DNA of 63,690 nucleotides, filler included, from Nitrospinota bacterium (GTDB taxonomy: Bacteria; JADFOP01), in the NCBI GenBank assembly GCA_022562795.1. It is 7 parts of 7 records of this genome, joined end to end, with 100 filler letters (N's around TTAATTAATTAA, not from the genome) between each part and the next. Parts side by side here need not be neighbours in the genome. Positions count along the whole stretch, not along the records: positions 10,461 to 20,565 come from JADFOP010000057.1; positions 20,666 to 30,566 come from JADFOP010000058.1; 5 more parts are not named here. One strand, given 5' to 3'. Numbering within the stretch: the stretch's first letter is position 1; every line of letters starts with the position of its first letter. The notes under the pieces were generated by a model. That model worked only from the letters and a program-made list of their open reading frames with translations. It was not told the DNA's origin and ran no database searches. A program made the position numbers and the translations under genes. Shown here in pieces: positions 10,957 to 20,709 of this stretch.

Positions 10957-11913
10957 TCACCTCGGATCAACGGCGCCAACGCGGTAATATCGAGATCGGT
11001 GAGGTCGGTCATGCCGCCACCTCGGCGGGAATGGCGACGCCACCTCGGCGGGAATGGCGATGCCGCTGGCAGTTTCTACAGCCGCGACCACCTCCTTGAC
11101 TGATGCGCCTTTCTTGGTACCGAGATTGATGCTAGTAGTGGCCCCTCCTTGAGCCAGCCAATCCATGGCTAGGAGATGGGCTCTTGCCAGGTCCACCACG
11201 TGGATGTAGTCCCTAACACAGGTGCCGTCGTGGGTGGCGTAATCGTCCCCGTAAATTTGCATGGGTTCAGGGGCGGACTCACGGCGGCCGTCCCCGTGTG
11301 CGGCGGCGGCCTGGGCTACCCGCAGAATTCTGGGAATAAGATGGGTCTCCGGGTCGTGGTCTTCGCCGAGGTCATCCTCCCAGTTGGCCCCCGCTGCGTT
11401 GAAGTACCGCAAGCTTACCGATCGTAGGCCGTAGGCCGCATCGGCGTCCCGTAAGAGTTGCTCGGCTATGTGCTTGCATCGACCGTACGGGGAGATGGGC
11501 TCCAGGGGATGGTCTTCCGGGATGGGAACCTCGGTGGGATTACCGTAGACCGCCGAGGAAGAGGAGTAGACCAAATTGGGCACCCCGTGGCGTTGCATTG
11601 CAGCAACCAGGGTGTGGGTCCCCACCACATGGACCTCGTAGTAGGGAAGCGGATCTTCCATGGAATCACCCACCGCGGTGGGGCCGGCCAGGTGGACGGC
11701 CCCGGAGATGGGGCGGTTCCGAAAGATGGAGTCGAGTAGGTCTGAGTCGGTAACGCTGCCCACTACGAGTTCGACGTCCCTGACGGCCTCTCGATGGCCG
11801 GTGGAGAGGTCGTCAAGAACTATGCACGGGATATTTGCCTTGGTCAGCTCTTGGACAATGTGGGAGCCTATGTAACCGGCTCCCCCAACGATGAGAAGCG
11901 TTCCTTGTTCCAT
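10957..11913 (-). CDS. galE: UDP-glucose 4-epimerase, C-terminus broken at about 11040
   Basis: GGAGYIGSH, YSSSSAVYG, YGRCK, LRYFNAAGA, HLIP and DGTCVRDYIHVVDLA are present; the usual RRxGD...LGW tail is missing. Confidence 0.85.
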   Translation of the reverse strand: MEQGTLLIVGGAGYIGSHIVQELTKANIPCIVLDDLSTGHREAVRDVELVVGSVTDSDLLDSIFRNRPISGAVHLAGPTAVGDSMEDPLPYYEVHVVGTHTLVAAMQRHGVPNLVYSSSSAVYGNPTEVPIPEDHPLEPISPYGRCKHIAEQLLRDADAAYGLRSVSLRYFNAAGANWEDDLGEDHDPETHLIPRILRVAQAAAAHGDGRRESAPEPMQIYGDDYATHDGTCVRDYIHVVDLARAHLLAMDWLAQGGATTSINLGTKKGASVKEVVAAVETASGIAIPAEVASPFPPRWRHDRPHRSRYYRVGAVDPR

Positions 11914-12217
11914 AACTATTTCAACCGATTACAACGATCCCCGACGGGCGCCGGTACTGGTCTGGCGGGCCAACGGTGGGCCTCTCAACGAGGCATAGAA
12001 TCTCACAGTCGTTTTCATTATAATTCAGTTCGTTTCATTTGTAACGCACAAGGCTCTCCTTCTAAAACTTTCTGGCTTGAGGGAGGCCCCTCGATTGACT
12101 ATAGTGGCGCACGTGTGAGGGCAGAGGTGCACTATAGGCCCGTTTTAAGTTCCGTCGGTAAGGCTTCTTCTCAGCGACGGCGGGGCCATTATCCAGTGAT
12201 GTTCACCGTGAGGTAGG

Positions 12218-13378
12218 GTGATGAGACACCAGCAGCACCCCGGTGAGGAGGAAGCCGACGCCAGGCTACTCATCGGTGCGAGTGAGGCAGACGCCAATAT
12301 CTACTACGCCACCCGCTTCTTTGCTCCCGATCCATTTGTCTACGTGGAGGTCGCTGGGGCGACCTACGTCATGGTGAGCGACCTAGAGCTCGACCGGGCC
12401 AGGTCCGAGGCAAAGGCTGATAACGTGGTGGCCCAGTCGGAATGGACCAAGAAGGCCAGGGCCTCTGGGCTGGATGAACCGAAGCTCCTCGACGCCCTCG
12501 ACCTGCTGCTCAAGGAATTGGGGGTCGCAAGGCTCATGGTGCCCGGGGCCCTCGGCGTGGAGTACGCTGACGGCCTCAGGCTGCGGGGCTACGAAGTGCG
12601 GGTCAAGGCAGGGCCATTCTTCGAGGGTCGGCTGCTCAAGTCTTCCGAGGAGGTGGAAGAAATCACTCGGGTCTTACGGAGCACCGAGGCGGCCCTCGAT
12701 GCGGCCATCGGAGCCGTACGGGAAGCCAAGGTGGCGGAAAATGGCGCCCTGCTCGCTTCAGACGGTGGCCCCCTAACCTCGGAGGCCATCAAGCGGATGA
12801 TCGGCCGCCACCTTCTCGACCACGAGTGCCTGGCCGCCCACACTATCGTGGCCGGCGGCGAGCAGGCTGTCGATCCACACGAGCGGGGCTCTGGGCCCTT
12901 GCGGGCTGGGGAACCTATCGTCATCGACATCTTTCCCCGTTGCCTCACTACAGGATACTATGCCGATATCACACGCACAGTTATCAAAGGCCCGGCCACC
13001 GATGCTCAGCGGGCCATGTACGAGGCGATTCTGGAGGCGATGGAGCTCGCCTTCGGGCGCATCCGCGACGGGTTTGACGCGCAGGCCATCCACCAGGCGA
13101 TCCTCGACCTATTTGAGGCCAAGGGCTTTTCCACGGGTGAGCAGGACGGTCGTATGCAGGGGTTCTTCCACAGCACCGGCCACGGCCTCGGTCTCGAGAT
13201 TCATGAGCCCCCACGAATCTCAAAGGCCCCCGAAATCCTCAGAGCGGGGATGGTGGTGACTGTGGAGCCGGGCCTTTACTACGCCGGCAATGGCGGCATC
13301 CGGGTCGAGGACATAGTTGTGGTGGAGGTTGGTGGCTGCCGCAACCTGACGGCCTATCCCAAGTTCCTGGAGGTTTAG
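12218..13378 (+). CDS. Xaa-Pro aminopeptidase (M24 family)
   Basis: PH, VIDIFP, GYYADITRT, HSTGHGLGLEIHE, TVEPGLY and GIRVED metal ligands. Confidence 0.93.
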   Translation: MMRHQQHPGEEEADARLLIGASEADANIYYATRFFAPDPFVYVEVAGATYVMVSDLELDRARSEAKADNVVAQSEWTKKARASGLDEPKLLDALDLLLKELGVARLMVPGALGVEYADGLRLRGYEVRVKAGPFFEGRLLKSSEEVEEITRVLRSTEAALDAAIGAVREAKVAENGALLASDGGPLTSEAIKRMIGRHLLDHECLAAHTIVAGGEQAVDPHERGSGPLRAGEPIVIDIFPRCLTTGYYADITRTVIKGPATDAQRAMYEAILEAMELAFGRIRDGFDAQAIHQAILDLFEAKGFSTGEQDGRMQGFFHSTGHGLGLEIHEPPRISKAPEILRAGMVVTVEPGLYYAGNGGIRVEDIVVVEVGGCRNLTAYPKFLEV

Positions 13379-13397
13379 ATAAGAAGGGCTAGGCTCC

Positions 13398-14060
13398 CTA
13401 CCCGCCTTTTTTTTCCAGCTCGAATAAGATCACAGGGCAGAAAGGGCTTTTTAGGAGCCCGATTCGGTGGAGCCGTACAGGGTGGAGCCCCGTCCCCTCA
13501 AGGGCCCCCTCCAGCTCTGAGGTTGAGTAAGTCTTGAGGCGATGGGGAAGAGTGGGATCGTGCCAATGCAGGAGTCGGAACCTCAAGACGGTTGGGAGGT
13601 TCCATCGGTTCCTGATGTCTATCAGGCAGCGGCCGCCGGGCTTGAGGACGCGGGCCATCTCCAGCAAAAAGGTGCGTATGACGGCCATGGAAGGTAGGTT
13701 GTAAAGGGTGTTTAAGCAGGAGGCCGCTTCAAAGGTCCCGTCCGGGAAAGGGAGAGCTTCGGCCCTGGCGCTCACCAAGTGGGCCGCGGTGCCTCCATGA
13801 TTGTCCAGGTAGGTTCGCGTGAAGGAGCGAAGCTGGTCCGTGGCGTTGTCGATCCCCACCGTATAGAGATTAGGTGCGGTGAGGGCAAGCTCTTCTAAGA
13901 AGAACCCTCTGCCGCAGCCAATCTCAAGGAATCGGCCTGAGGCGCCAACAAGGGCCAGGGCTGCGCGGTGCCGGACACGAGGCTGGTAGAAGCCCCGTGC
14001 AATGCCCTCCCGGGCCGTCAGGCCTCTCACCGCCCTGAACAGCTTTGGAATCATGGTCAC
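13398..14060 (-). CDS. Class I SAM-dependent methyltransferase
   Basis: FLEIGCGRG, AEALPFPDGTF and EMARVLKPGG. Confidence 0.85.
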   Translation of the reverse strand: MTMIPKLFRAVRGLTAREGIARGFYQPRVRHRAALALVGASGRFLEIGCGRGFFLEELALTAPNLYTVGIDNATDQLRSFTRTYLDNHGGTAAHLVSARAEALPFPDGTFEAASCLNTLYNLPSMAVIRTFLLEMARVLKPGGRCLIDIRNRWNLPTVLRFRLLHWHDPTLPHRLKTYSTSELEGALEGTGLHPVRLHRIGLLKSPFCPVILFELEKKGG

Positions 14061-14080
14061 GATACTTTGGCCGGGTGGTC

Positions 14081-14251
14081 TTACTTATGCCTCTGGCTTA
14101 TTGGCGATGACTCTGCGCCAGTAGTCCAGAAAATCGCACAATGTCTCCTCCAGCACCTAATCCCGTAGATATCCAAGCCTTCCATCTCAATTAACAGCTC
14201 CACCAAGTGGCGGCCGGCGAAACCGGTAATTCCGGTTATCATAACCTTCAT
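14081..14251 (-). pseudogene. Internally deleted GDP-mannose dehydratase/Rmd-like NAD-dependent epimerase remnant
   Basis: Starts by ATGA overlap with the upstream stop: MKVMITGITGFAGRHLVELL...IYG. It then continues in another frame as LEETLCDFLDYWRRVI...*, a typical C-terminus of this family. Confidence 0.7.
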
Positions 14252-15468
14252 GGGGCATCATCCTCGGCTTCGTCAGGCGCCACAGACGAAACCGTGTGCT
14301 CCCCTTCGGTTGATACGGGGGATTGTCGCTCTTTGTCGTTCTCCCGTCTCCAACGGGTCACGTTCTCCAGGATGGTCACCAGTAGTAGAATCACGACTGC
14401 CTGGACAATCAGCAGTAAGGCGTCCCTCGTTTGAGCATTGCGCAGGACCGTGGAGGTCAGTCCCAGACAGAAGGACAGCAGTAAAATGAACAGCACGCTC
14501 TGGCGCGGGCTGTCGAGCACCTCCGCCAGACGGTGGTGCAGATGGTCCTTTCCCGTGTATTCCAACCACTCCCTTATGGTCGAGATCTTTCCAGTGTAGA
14601 ACCGGGCTATTGTGGTATGGAACATATCGAAAATGAGCACGCTGAATATGAGCAAAGGAGCGGAAATGGAGACAATGGGGTTTTGGTGCGCCCACTCACC
14701 CAGCACTGCCAAGCAGGCCAGGGCGAAGCCGAGGAAGGTGCTCCCGGTATCGCCCAGGAAGATGGTTGCGGGCCCGTTGAACCGAAAGTTGTAGGGCATG
14801 AAGCCGACCGAGGCTCCGAAGATGGCGATTGCCAGCCATCCAAGGTAGGGCTGGTTGGTCTGGAAGGCCAGGATCCCCAAGAAGAAAGAAATGACGGCGG
14901 CCAGCCCCGGGGCGAGACCGTCCATTCCGTCGAAGAAGTTCATGGCGTTCGTGATACCGACGATCCAAATAATCGTGAGTGCGCCGTTGACCAGCGTGCT
15001 GCCTATCCAGGCCTGGGGAATCAGGACGAGGGTCACCCCGCTGGCCATGACAATGGCTGTTGCCACTAGCTGGGCGGCGAGCTTGGTCCGGGCACCTACG
15101 CCTACAACGTCGTCGATGACCCCTATGACGACGACAATCGTGCTTCCGATAAGGATACCCTTGATCTGCGGGATGAAGAGGAAGTTGGCGAAAATCGAGC
15201 ACGTGAAAGCGATATAAATGGCCAGGCCTCCCATCAGCGGCGTCGGATGGACGTGCACCTTCCTGGAGCTTGGGATATCTACGACATCGAGGGCCGAGGC
15301 CCCGGAGCGGACCACTGGGGTCAGGAGATAGGAGATGGCGAAGGATAAGCCGAGGATGTAGGCCGACCTGAGGCCCCATGCAGTGAGGAGGTGTTTTGTG
15401 TAGGGAAGCAGGAGGGCTATTAACAAGCCCAGTACCGAATAGTAGGTGGTCCTCTCAGTAGAAGTCAT
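14248..15468 (-). CDS. MraY/WecA-family undecaprenyl-phosphate sugar-1-phosphate transferase
   Basis: RKVH..PTP.MGG, GVIDD, NAMNFFDGMDGL, IFLGDTGS and DHLHHRL; multi-TM. Confidence 0.92.
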   Translation of the reverse strand: MTSTERTTYYSVLGLLIALLLPYTKHLLTAWGLRSAYILGLSFAISYLLTPVVRSGASALDVVDIPSSRKVHVHPTPLMGGLAIYIAFTCSIFANFLFIPQIKGILIGSTIVVVIGVIDDVVGVGARTKLAAQLVATAIVMASGVTLVLIPQAWIGSTLVNGALTIIWIVGITNAMNFFDGMDGLAPGLAAVISFFLGILAFQTNQPYLGWLAIAIFGASVGFMPYNFRFNGPATIFLGDTGSTFLGFALACLAVLGEWAHQNPIVSISAPLLIFSVLIFDMFHTTIARFYTGKISTIREWLEYTGKDHLHHRLAEVLDSPRQSVLFILLLSFCLGLTSTVLRNAQTRDALLLIVQAVVILLLVTILENVTRWRRENDKERQSPVSTEGEHTVSSVAPDEAEDDAP

Positions 15469-15489
15469 AGGCGGCCGTGGCCCCAGGTC

Positions 15490-16107
15490 CTAGTCCACGT
15501 TTACAAAAAGGCGAAGCGGGATAAACCCTTCGGCATTTTTCACTCGACCCTGGATGCCTCGGAAATGCGCTGCCGAGCGAGCGAAGTCCACAATCGTAAG
15601 CCCCTCAATGTTGGTCTTCGTCACCTGAGAGGCGTGGGCCTCCAGACAGGCGAGCTTATCCTCTAGCTCATTCTCTATATCGGTGAACACGGTGGGGGCG
15701 AAGTTTTGTGTCGTGGGGACCTCGTAGAATAAGACGTTCTTGATGTATCGAGTAGCGGAGGTGGTGACCTTAGAGAGGGCGCGGTGGTCTTGATGGGTGT
15801 CGTCAAAATAGTGGACGAAAATGATGTTGGGGCTGACGACTTTGATGACATCCTCGATGCGAGATATCAGCTCTTTGTCAAGAGGCAGCTTGGTGTCCGG
15901 GTATTCGAAGATAAACAGGTCCGTAGCACCCATAATCTGGGCCGAGCGCCTGAGCTCCTTAGCCCGCACATTTCCATCGCCGCCTTGATCCCCATGTGTC
16001 GCGACGAGGAGGTAGACCTTGTGGCCTTGGCGCGTGTACTTGATGAGGGTGCCGCCGCAGCCGAACTCGATGTCGTCAGGATGAGCGCCTACGGCTAAGA
16101 TGTTCAC
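15490..16107 (-). CDS. PIG-L family deacetylase
   Basis: GAHPDDIEFGCGGTL, THQDH and AHASQ. Confidence 0.92.
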   Translation of the reverse strand: MNILAVGAHPDDIEFGCGGTLIKYTRQGHKVYLLVATHGDQGGDGNVRAKELRRSAQIMGATDLFIFEYPDTKLPLDKELISRIEDVIKVVSPNIIFVHYFDDTHQDHRALSKVTTSATRYIKNVLFYEVPTTQNFAPTVFTDIENELEDKLACLEAHASQVTKTNIEGLTIVDFARSAAHFRGIQGRVKNAEGFIPLRLFVNVD

Positions 16108-16796
16108 AGGAGAGTCTCCCTGGCTCGGCGGACCAACTCAAATCCTCCCTTTCCGCAGTTGAAGAGCAAGTCAATGGCGGCCATAGCGGGTTCAAAGTGT
16201 TCAAAACATTGGGGATAGACCGGGTGTGTAAACTCTTGAAACTCGACGGCGATCTTCGCTTCTTCGAACATTTTCATATCCATATAGTTTCTTCCCCCCA
16301 CGCCTGCGAGGTAGGTCTCTGCCTCCAGGGCCTTGCAGAGGTCAATAAGCCGTGCCGTGGGCTCCTGATGGGTTTCAAAGGATGAGGCCAGGTGTACTGG
16401 GGTCACGATACCAAAGGCTTCCTTGAGGTATGTTAGGGTATGGAGGCAGAGTTCTACGAGCTTTGGCCATAGCTTGACATAGGTGTCGGTAAGGAAGGGC
16501 AGGTGCTCCATAAAGTGAGGTGCGCGGCCGTAGTTGAGCTTGAGCGCTTGTAGGTGCTTCCGGCTCCATGTCTGCTCGTTGTCGATGGTGACCTCGAGCA
16601 GGGGCGCTTTGTAAGCGCTCTTGACCGGAACTGTGAGCCACGTCCAGCCGTCGGCCGTCCTGATGCGGTTGCGGTTCTGGTGCTCCCGCCTGACAAACTG
16701 GACCGTATCGAGTACGACAAAGGCATCAGCCCTGTCAAGCTTATCCAGGTAGCCAAGCCAGGGGAGGTAGTGAGGTTGGTGGATAGCAACAATCAT
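16104..16796 (-). CDS. WbqC family protein
   Basis: IHQPHYLPWLGY, D.VQF, NRNRI, WLTVPV, YLAG.GG..Y and IDLLFN. Confidence 0.9.
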   Translation of the reverse strand: MIVAIHQPHYLPWLGYLDKLDRADAFVVLDTVQFVRREHQNRNRIRTADGWTWLTVPVKSAYKAPLLEVTIDNEQTWSRKHLQALKLNYGRAPHFMEHLPFLTDTYVKLWPKLVELCLHTLTYLKEAFGIVTPVHLASSFETHQEPTARLIDLCKALEAETYLAGVGGRNYMDMKMFEEAKIAVEFQEFTHPVYPQCFEHFEPAMAAIDLLFNCGKGGFELVRRARETLL

Positions 16797-17102
16797 AGGT
16801 GGGCTAGTGGTGAATAAACGGTCCTCGCTAAGCGGTCCAGCGCCTCATAAAGGCACTTTTGTCTCGTAGTATACCAAGCCGGGGGGCAAGTGGCTAGCTC
16901 TAAGAGGAACCTGCTGTAAATCAATTGCTAATATCCTCCCGGCGTGGGGCGGCGAAGAGAGGGTTGGGCAAAATCAAGACCGTAGCCATCGGACGGGCCA
17001 TCAACAATGCGGTTTATCTCGGGCTGTTGGGGGTTCTACTAGCCGGCCTAGGCTACGGGGTCAAAGCGGCATTGGTGGCGACAGTCCTCCTCATACCTTG
17101 GC

Positions 17103-19484
17103 CTAGCACGGAGAGTTGAGGAGGTCTCTATAGACCTGATCAATCCCGTCGAGCATAACCTGGTGTGAAAAGCGTTCCCGAACCCGCTGGGGCCCGGCTT
17201 CCCCCATCCTGCGGCGGGCGGTCTCGTCTTCGAGGAGCTGGAGGATGGCGCTTGCCAAGGCCTGGGGATCTTCTGGTGGGACGAGTAAACCTGTGACCCC
17301 GTCTTCGACGACCGACGGCAAGCCTCCCACGGCTGTTGCCACCACCGGTCGGCCGCAAGCAAGCGCTTCGACGGCGGCCCTGCCCATCCCCTCGTTCCGG
17401 GATGGGAGTACCGAGAGGTCAAAGACGTGGTAGAGGGGTTCTAGACGCTCCTGCCAGCCGAGGAAGAGCCACCGTTCGGCCACACCCAGGCGGCGGGCTT
17501 GATCCTCCAGGGCCCTTCGTTCCTGTCCATCGCCCGCGACCACAAACCAGGCGTCAGGTCTGTCCCGCAGCACTATGGCCGACGCCTCGACAAGTTGGTC
17601 GTAGCCTTTGACCCGGTCCAGTCTCCCGACGCTGCCCACGACAGGCCCGCTTTGAGGCAGGCCCAACGTGGCCCGCACTGCTGGCCCCTCCTCGGCTGGG
17701 AGGGAGCCAAAACCCTCCAACTCCACCCCACTAGGGATGACCCTGAACTTCTCCTTAGGGGCGATCCCCCAAGCCACATGCTCCTCTACGCCTATGGGCG
17801 TGAGCGTGATGATGGTGTTGGTGATATGAGCCGTTAGGCGCTCGGCGTAGACGAAGAGCCGAGAGAGGGCGGGCCGGTAGTATCCGGTAAAGACGTGGCC
17901 GTGGGGTGTGTGAACCAGGTGTCGGCAGCCAGCCAGCCGGGCAGCCCACCGGCCCAGGATGCCCGCCTTGGAGGAGTGGGTGTGTACTAGATCGAACCGT
18001 TCGCGCCGGAACATCCGATAAAGGGCCCAAAAGGCCTGCAGGTCAGCCAGGGGGCGGATGGCCCGAAGGAGGCTCGGAAGAAAGCGAACCGTGATGTCAG
18101 GGCGCTCCTTCAGGCGGCGCACAAGGGGCGAGGGAAACGTTGTCATGCCTGTAACGAGGGTTACACGGTAGCGAGCCGGATCGAGGCCCAGAACCGTCAG
18201 GAGGGTGTTATCGGTTGAGCCGCCCCGGTCGAGACGGGTGATGATGTGGGCGACCTTCAAGGGCTTGGATTCAGGTCTATCTTTTGTAGCCTCGTACCAG
18301 GGCAGAACCTCAATTGGGGGTGGGGATTTGTCTCGGGCGAGGAGCTCTTCCGCTGCTTCTATGACGGCCTCCGAGGAGATTTGGGACAATGGGGCTCCGG
18401 CAGATTCGGGCGCCTGCAGCCGATAGAGGGCCGGGTCGGTATACGGTGCATAGGCTTGGAGGAGTTCGGTAGGATAGCAGGCGACGATGGGGGTGCCGAC
18501 CGCTGCGGCGATATGGAGAGGGCTTGAGAGCACACCGAGAAAAAGATCACACTTTTGGAGAAGGGCCGCCGCCGCTCGAAGGGGAAGACCTCCGGCCGCG
18601 ACGATGGCGTTGCCAGGGAGCATGTCAGCGAAACTCTTGGCCGCTTCAGCATCCTGAGGCCCGCCGAGGATAACAAACGTCCCTCCGTGGATGTCCGACA
18701 GCGCTTCGGCCGACTGGGCCCAGGAGGAGAGGGGCCATTGGCGACCGGAGTCTTTGACCCAAGGGTGTATGGCGATGAGCGGGCGACTTGGCGGCCCGTG
18801 GGCGGCCAGGAAAGTGTCGGCGGCTCGGCGACTTTCTTGAGACAGCGGTATCGTCAGTGGGCCAGAGTCCGCAGCACATCCGAGGGCTTCTAACAAGGCC
18901 AGGTTCAGTACGACCGCATTGCGGGAGTCGGGCCAACCCTCAGATGTCCGAACGTGGAAGGCCGCTGCCCGCCCGTCGGTATCCCGTCCGGCCCGGTAGG
19001 TCGCTCCGATGGACTTTAGCAGAAATCCCATCAGCAAGGCGCCTCGAAGAGAAGAGATCTGCACGAAATTGACGGCCAGATCGAAGCGCTCACGCCGAAG
19101 CCGTTGCCAGGTCTGCCAGAGGTGGCGCAGACCCTCGGGGCGACACCAGCCCCACCGCTTTCCGTAGATAAGGAGGTCGATGTCGAGCGGAACAATAGCA
19201 TCAACCGCCGACCATCCTTCCAGGATATCCTCCGCCCGGCGGTTTACAAGTAGGACGATGCGAGCATCGGGGTAGCATTTGCGAAGGGCGCGGAGGGCAG
19301 GTGTGGCCAGAAGGCAGTCCCCTATTCCCGCTACCAAAGTTACCAGGATTTTATTTACACGAGCAGGAGGCGATTTAGGCCTGCCTAGGGTTCGTCTAAG
19401 AAGGGCCAGAATAGCCCTTTCCGGGATGCGTATCACAGTACGTGGCCTCGCCTCTAACCCGTGATCATTCCTTAAGTAGCCCAC
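17103..19484 (-). CDS. Fused glycosyltransferase: GT9 (heptosyltransferase-like) plus GT4
   Basis: N-half GIGDCLLATPAL, RQWP, HIAAAVGTP; C-half HIITRLDRGG, HTHSSKAG, HTPHGH, VGRL..VKG, EGMGRAAVEALACG.PVV. Confidence 0.88.
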   Translation of the reverse strand: MGYLRNDHGLEARPRTVIRIPERAILALLRRTLGRPKSPPARVNKILVTLVAGIGDCLLATPALRALRKCYPDARIVLLVNRRAEDILEGWSAVDAIVPLDIDLLIYGKRWGWCRPEGLRHLWQTWQRLRRERFDLAVNFVQISSLRGALLMGFLLKSIGATYRAGRDTDGRAAAFHVRTSEGWPDSRNAVVLNLALLEALGCAADSGPLTIPLSQESRRAADTFLAAHGPPSRPLIAIHPWVKDSGRQWPLSSWAQSAEALSDIHGGTFVILGGPQDAEAAKSFADMLPGNAIVAAGGLPLRAAAALLQKCDLFLGVLSSPLHIAAAVGTPIVACYPTELLQAYAPYTDPALYRLQAPESAGAPLSQISSEAVIEAAEELLARDKSPPPIEVLPWYEATKDRPESKPLKVAHIITRLDRGGSTDNTLLTVLGLDPARYRVTLVTGMTTFPSPLVRRLKERPDITVRFLPSLLRAIRPLADLQAFWALYRMFRRERFDLVHTHSSKAGILGRWAARLAGCRHLVHTPHGHVFTGYYRPALSRLFVYAERLTAHITNTIITLTPIGVEEHVAWGIAPKEKFRVIPSGVELEGFGSLPAEEGPAVRATLGLPQSGPVVGSVGRLDRVKGYDQLVEASAIVLRDRPDAWFVVAGDGQERRALEDQARRLGVAERWLFLGWQERLEPLYHVFDLSVLPSRNEGMGRAAVEALACGRPVVATAVGGLPSVVEDGVTGLLVPPEDPQALASAILQLLEDETARRRMGEAGPQRVRERFSHQVMLDGIDQVYRDLLNSPC

Positions 19485-19994
19485 GTTCAGCCCTCTTTTT
19501 CAGCCTACATTGTCCGGGAAGCTCTTAACCAAATACAACCCACGGTCTCTCGGCCCATACTGCTCATGGTGTGTGCCAGGACCCCGATTTTGTAAACTTG
19601 GCACGTATCCCGGTCACCAGTCTGCCGCCAACACCAACTCCAACCACAAGCAGCTTGAATTTCCTGAGAGGCTTGGCGCAACGCCGGGAGCGCGGGAATA
19701 CATTACATAATGATGGACCGTTGTCGAATAGGTCAAGGAGAGGCAGATGGGACGAATCAGCTCTCGGGATAGGCCTAGGAAGCCTATCCAGGTGCCAATG
19801 AACAAGTCCATGACACGGAAGGACAAACCCAGAGAATGAATATAGAGCTTCCGAAAATTGCGTTCGAGAGTTCTAGTCACCTTCAGGGCCTCATCAGCAG
19901 GGTCCGGCTCGCAAGGAAGGACCCCTCGGGGCGCACCAGGTCTCAGGCCTTCGGGAAAAGCCACGTTTGGATGGTAGAAGACGGTTTCTTCGCC

Positions 19995-20565
19995 TCATTG
20001 ACCTAGGTGTGCTGAAACAATCGTCGACAATTTGATCTGCTTTAAACATGCTCTTGTATGATAGGCACACCAATTGGCAATACCAAAGAGCTTGGTCCCA
20101 TCTTCAGCGAAGGTCCCCCCGGGGAAATAAACTAGTTCTAGATCGATCATTATTGAAAACCCAAAGAAACCGAAAGCAATGAGCAAAAGAAGATATTCCG
20201 TGTTAAGCAATGTTTTACTAAAGCGTATCAGGTAAAGGGCTACTATAATTCCATATAAGGAGAGAATTACCTTTTCAGCAATTTGGGAGTAGCGAGTTAA
20301 GAATTCATGCATGAGGAAATAATCATCAATAAGAAGAACGGACGTTATCAAGCCTGAGCAGAGGAAGAAGTACGACCATTCTCGATTGTGCAGATCATTC
20401 CTAAGCACCACGAAACTAAAAAGGCAAATCGCTGCGGAAAAACACCAAAGTACAAAACCAATTTTTTGGGCAACCCCAAGGTACAGTGGGGCTTTCATGA
20501 CCTCTACTGGATCGCGGAAAAGGTGCGGCATAGGGACGCCGTATCGCAACCTTATGATGAGAAAC
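19995..20565 (-). CDS. Multi-pass membrane protein, 5'-truncated, AT-rich
   Basis: Several hydrophobic segments; DD.F.MHE and EDGTK motifs; runs into the contig end. Confidence 0.65.
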
Positions 20566-20665
20566 NNNNNNNNNNNNNNNNNNNNNNNNNNNNNNNNNNN
20601 NNNNNNNNNTTAATTAATTAANNNNNNNNNNNNNNNNNNNNNNNNNNNNNNNNNNNNNNNNNNNN
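20566..20665. other. Artificial contig linker
   Basis: N-run with TTAATTAATTAA. Confidence 0.98.
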
Positions 20666-20709
20666 GGCTCTCTCCGCCGGAAAGGCTCCACCCCTACATT
20701 CGCCCCGGT

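Noticed and set aside
16925-17119. Short hydrophobic ORF, possibly a flippase remnant
   Set aside because: Too short and non-specific to assign.
19614-19964. 116-aa ORF upstream of the GT9-GT4 gene
   Set aside because: No motif or clear RBS; it may be decayed sequence, and I cannot support a call.
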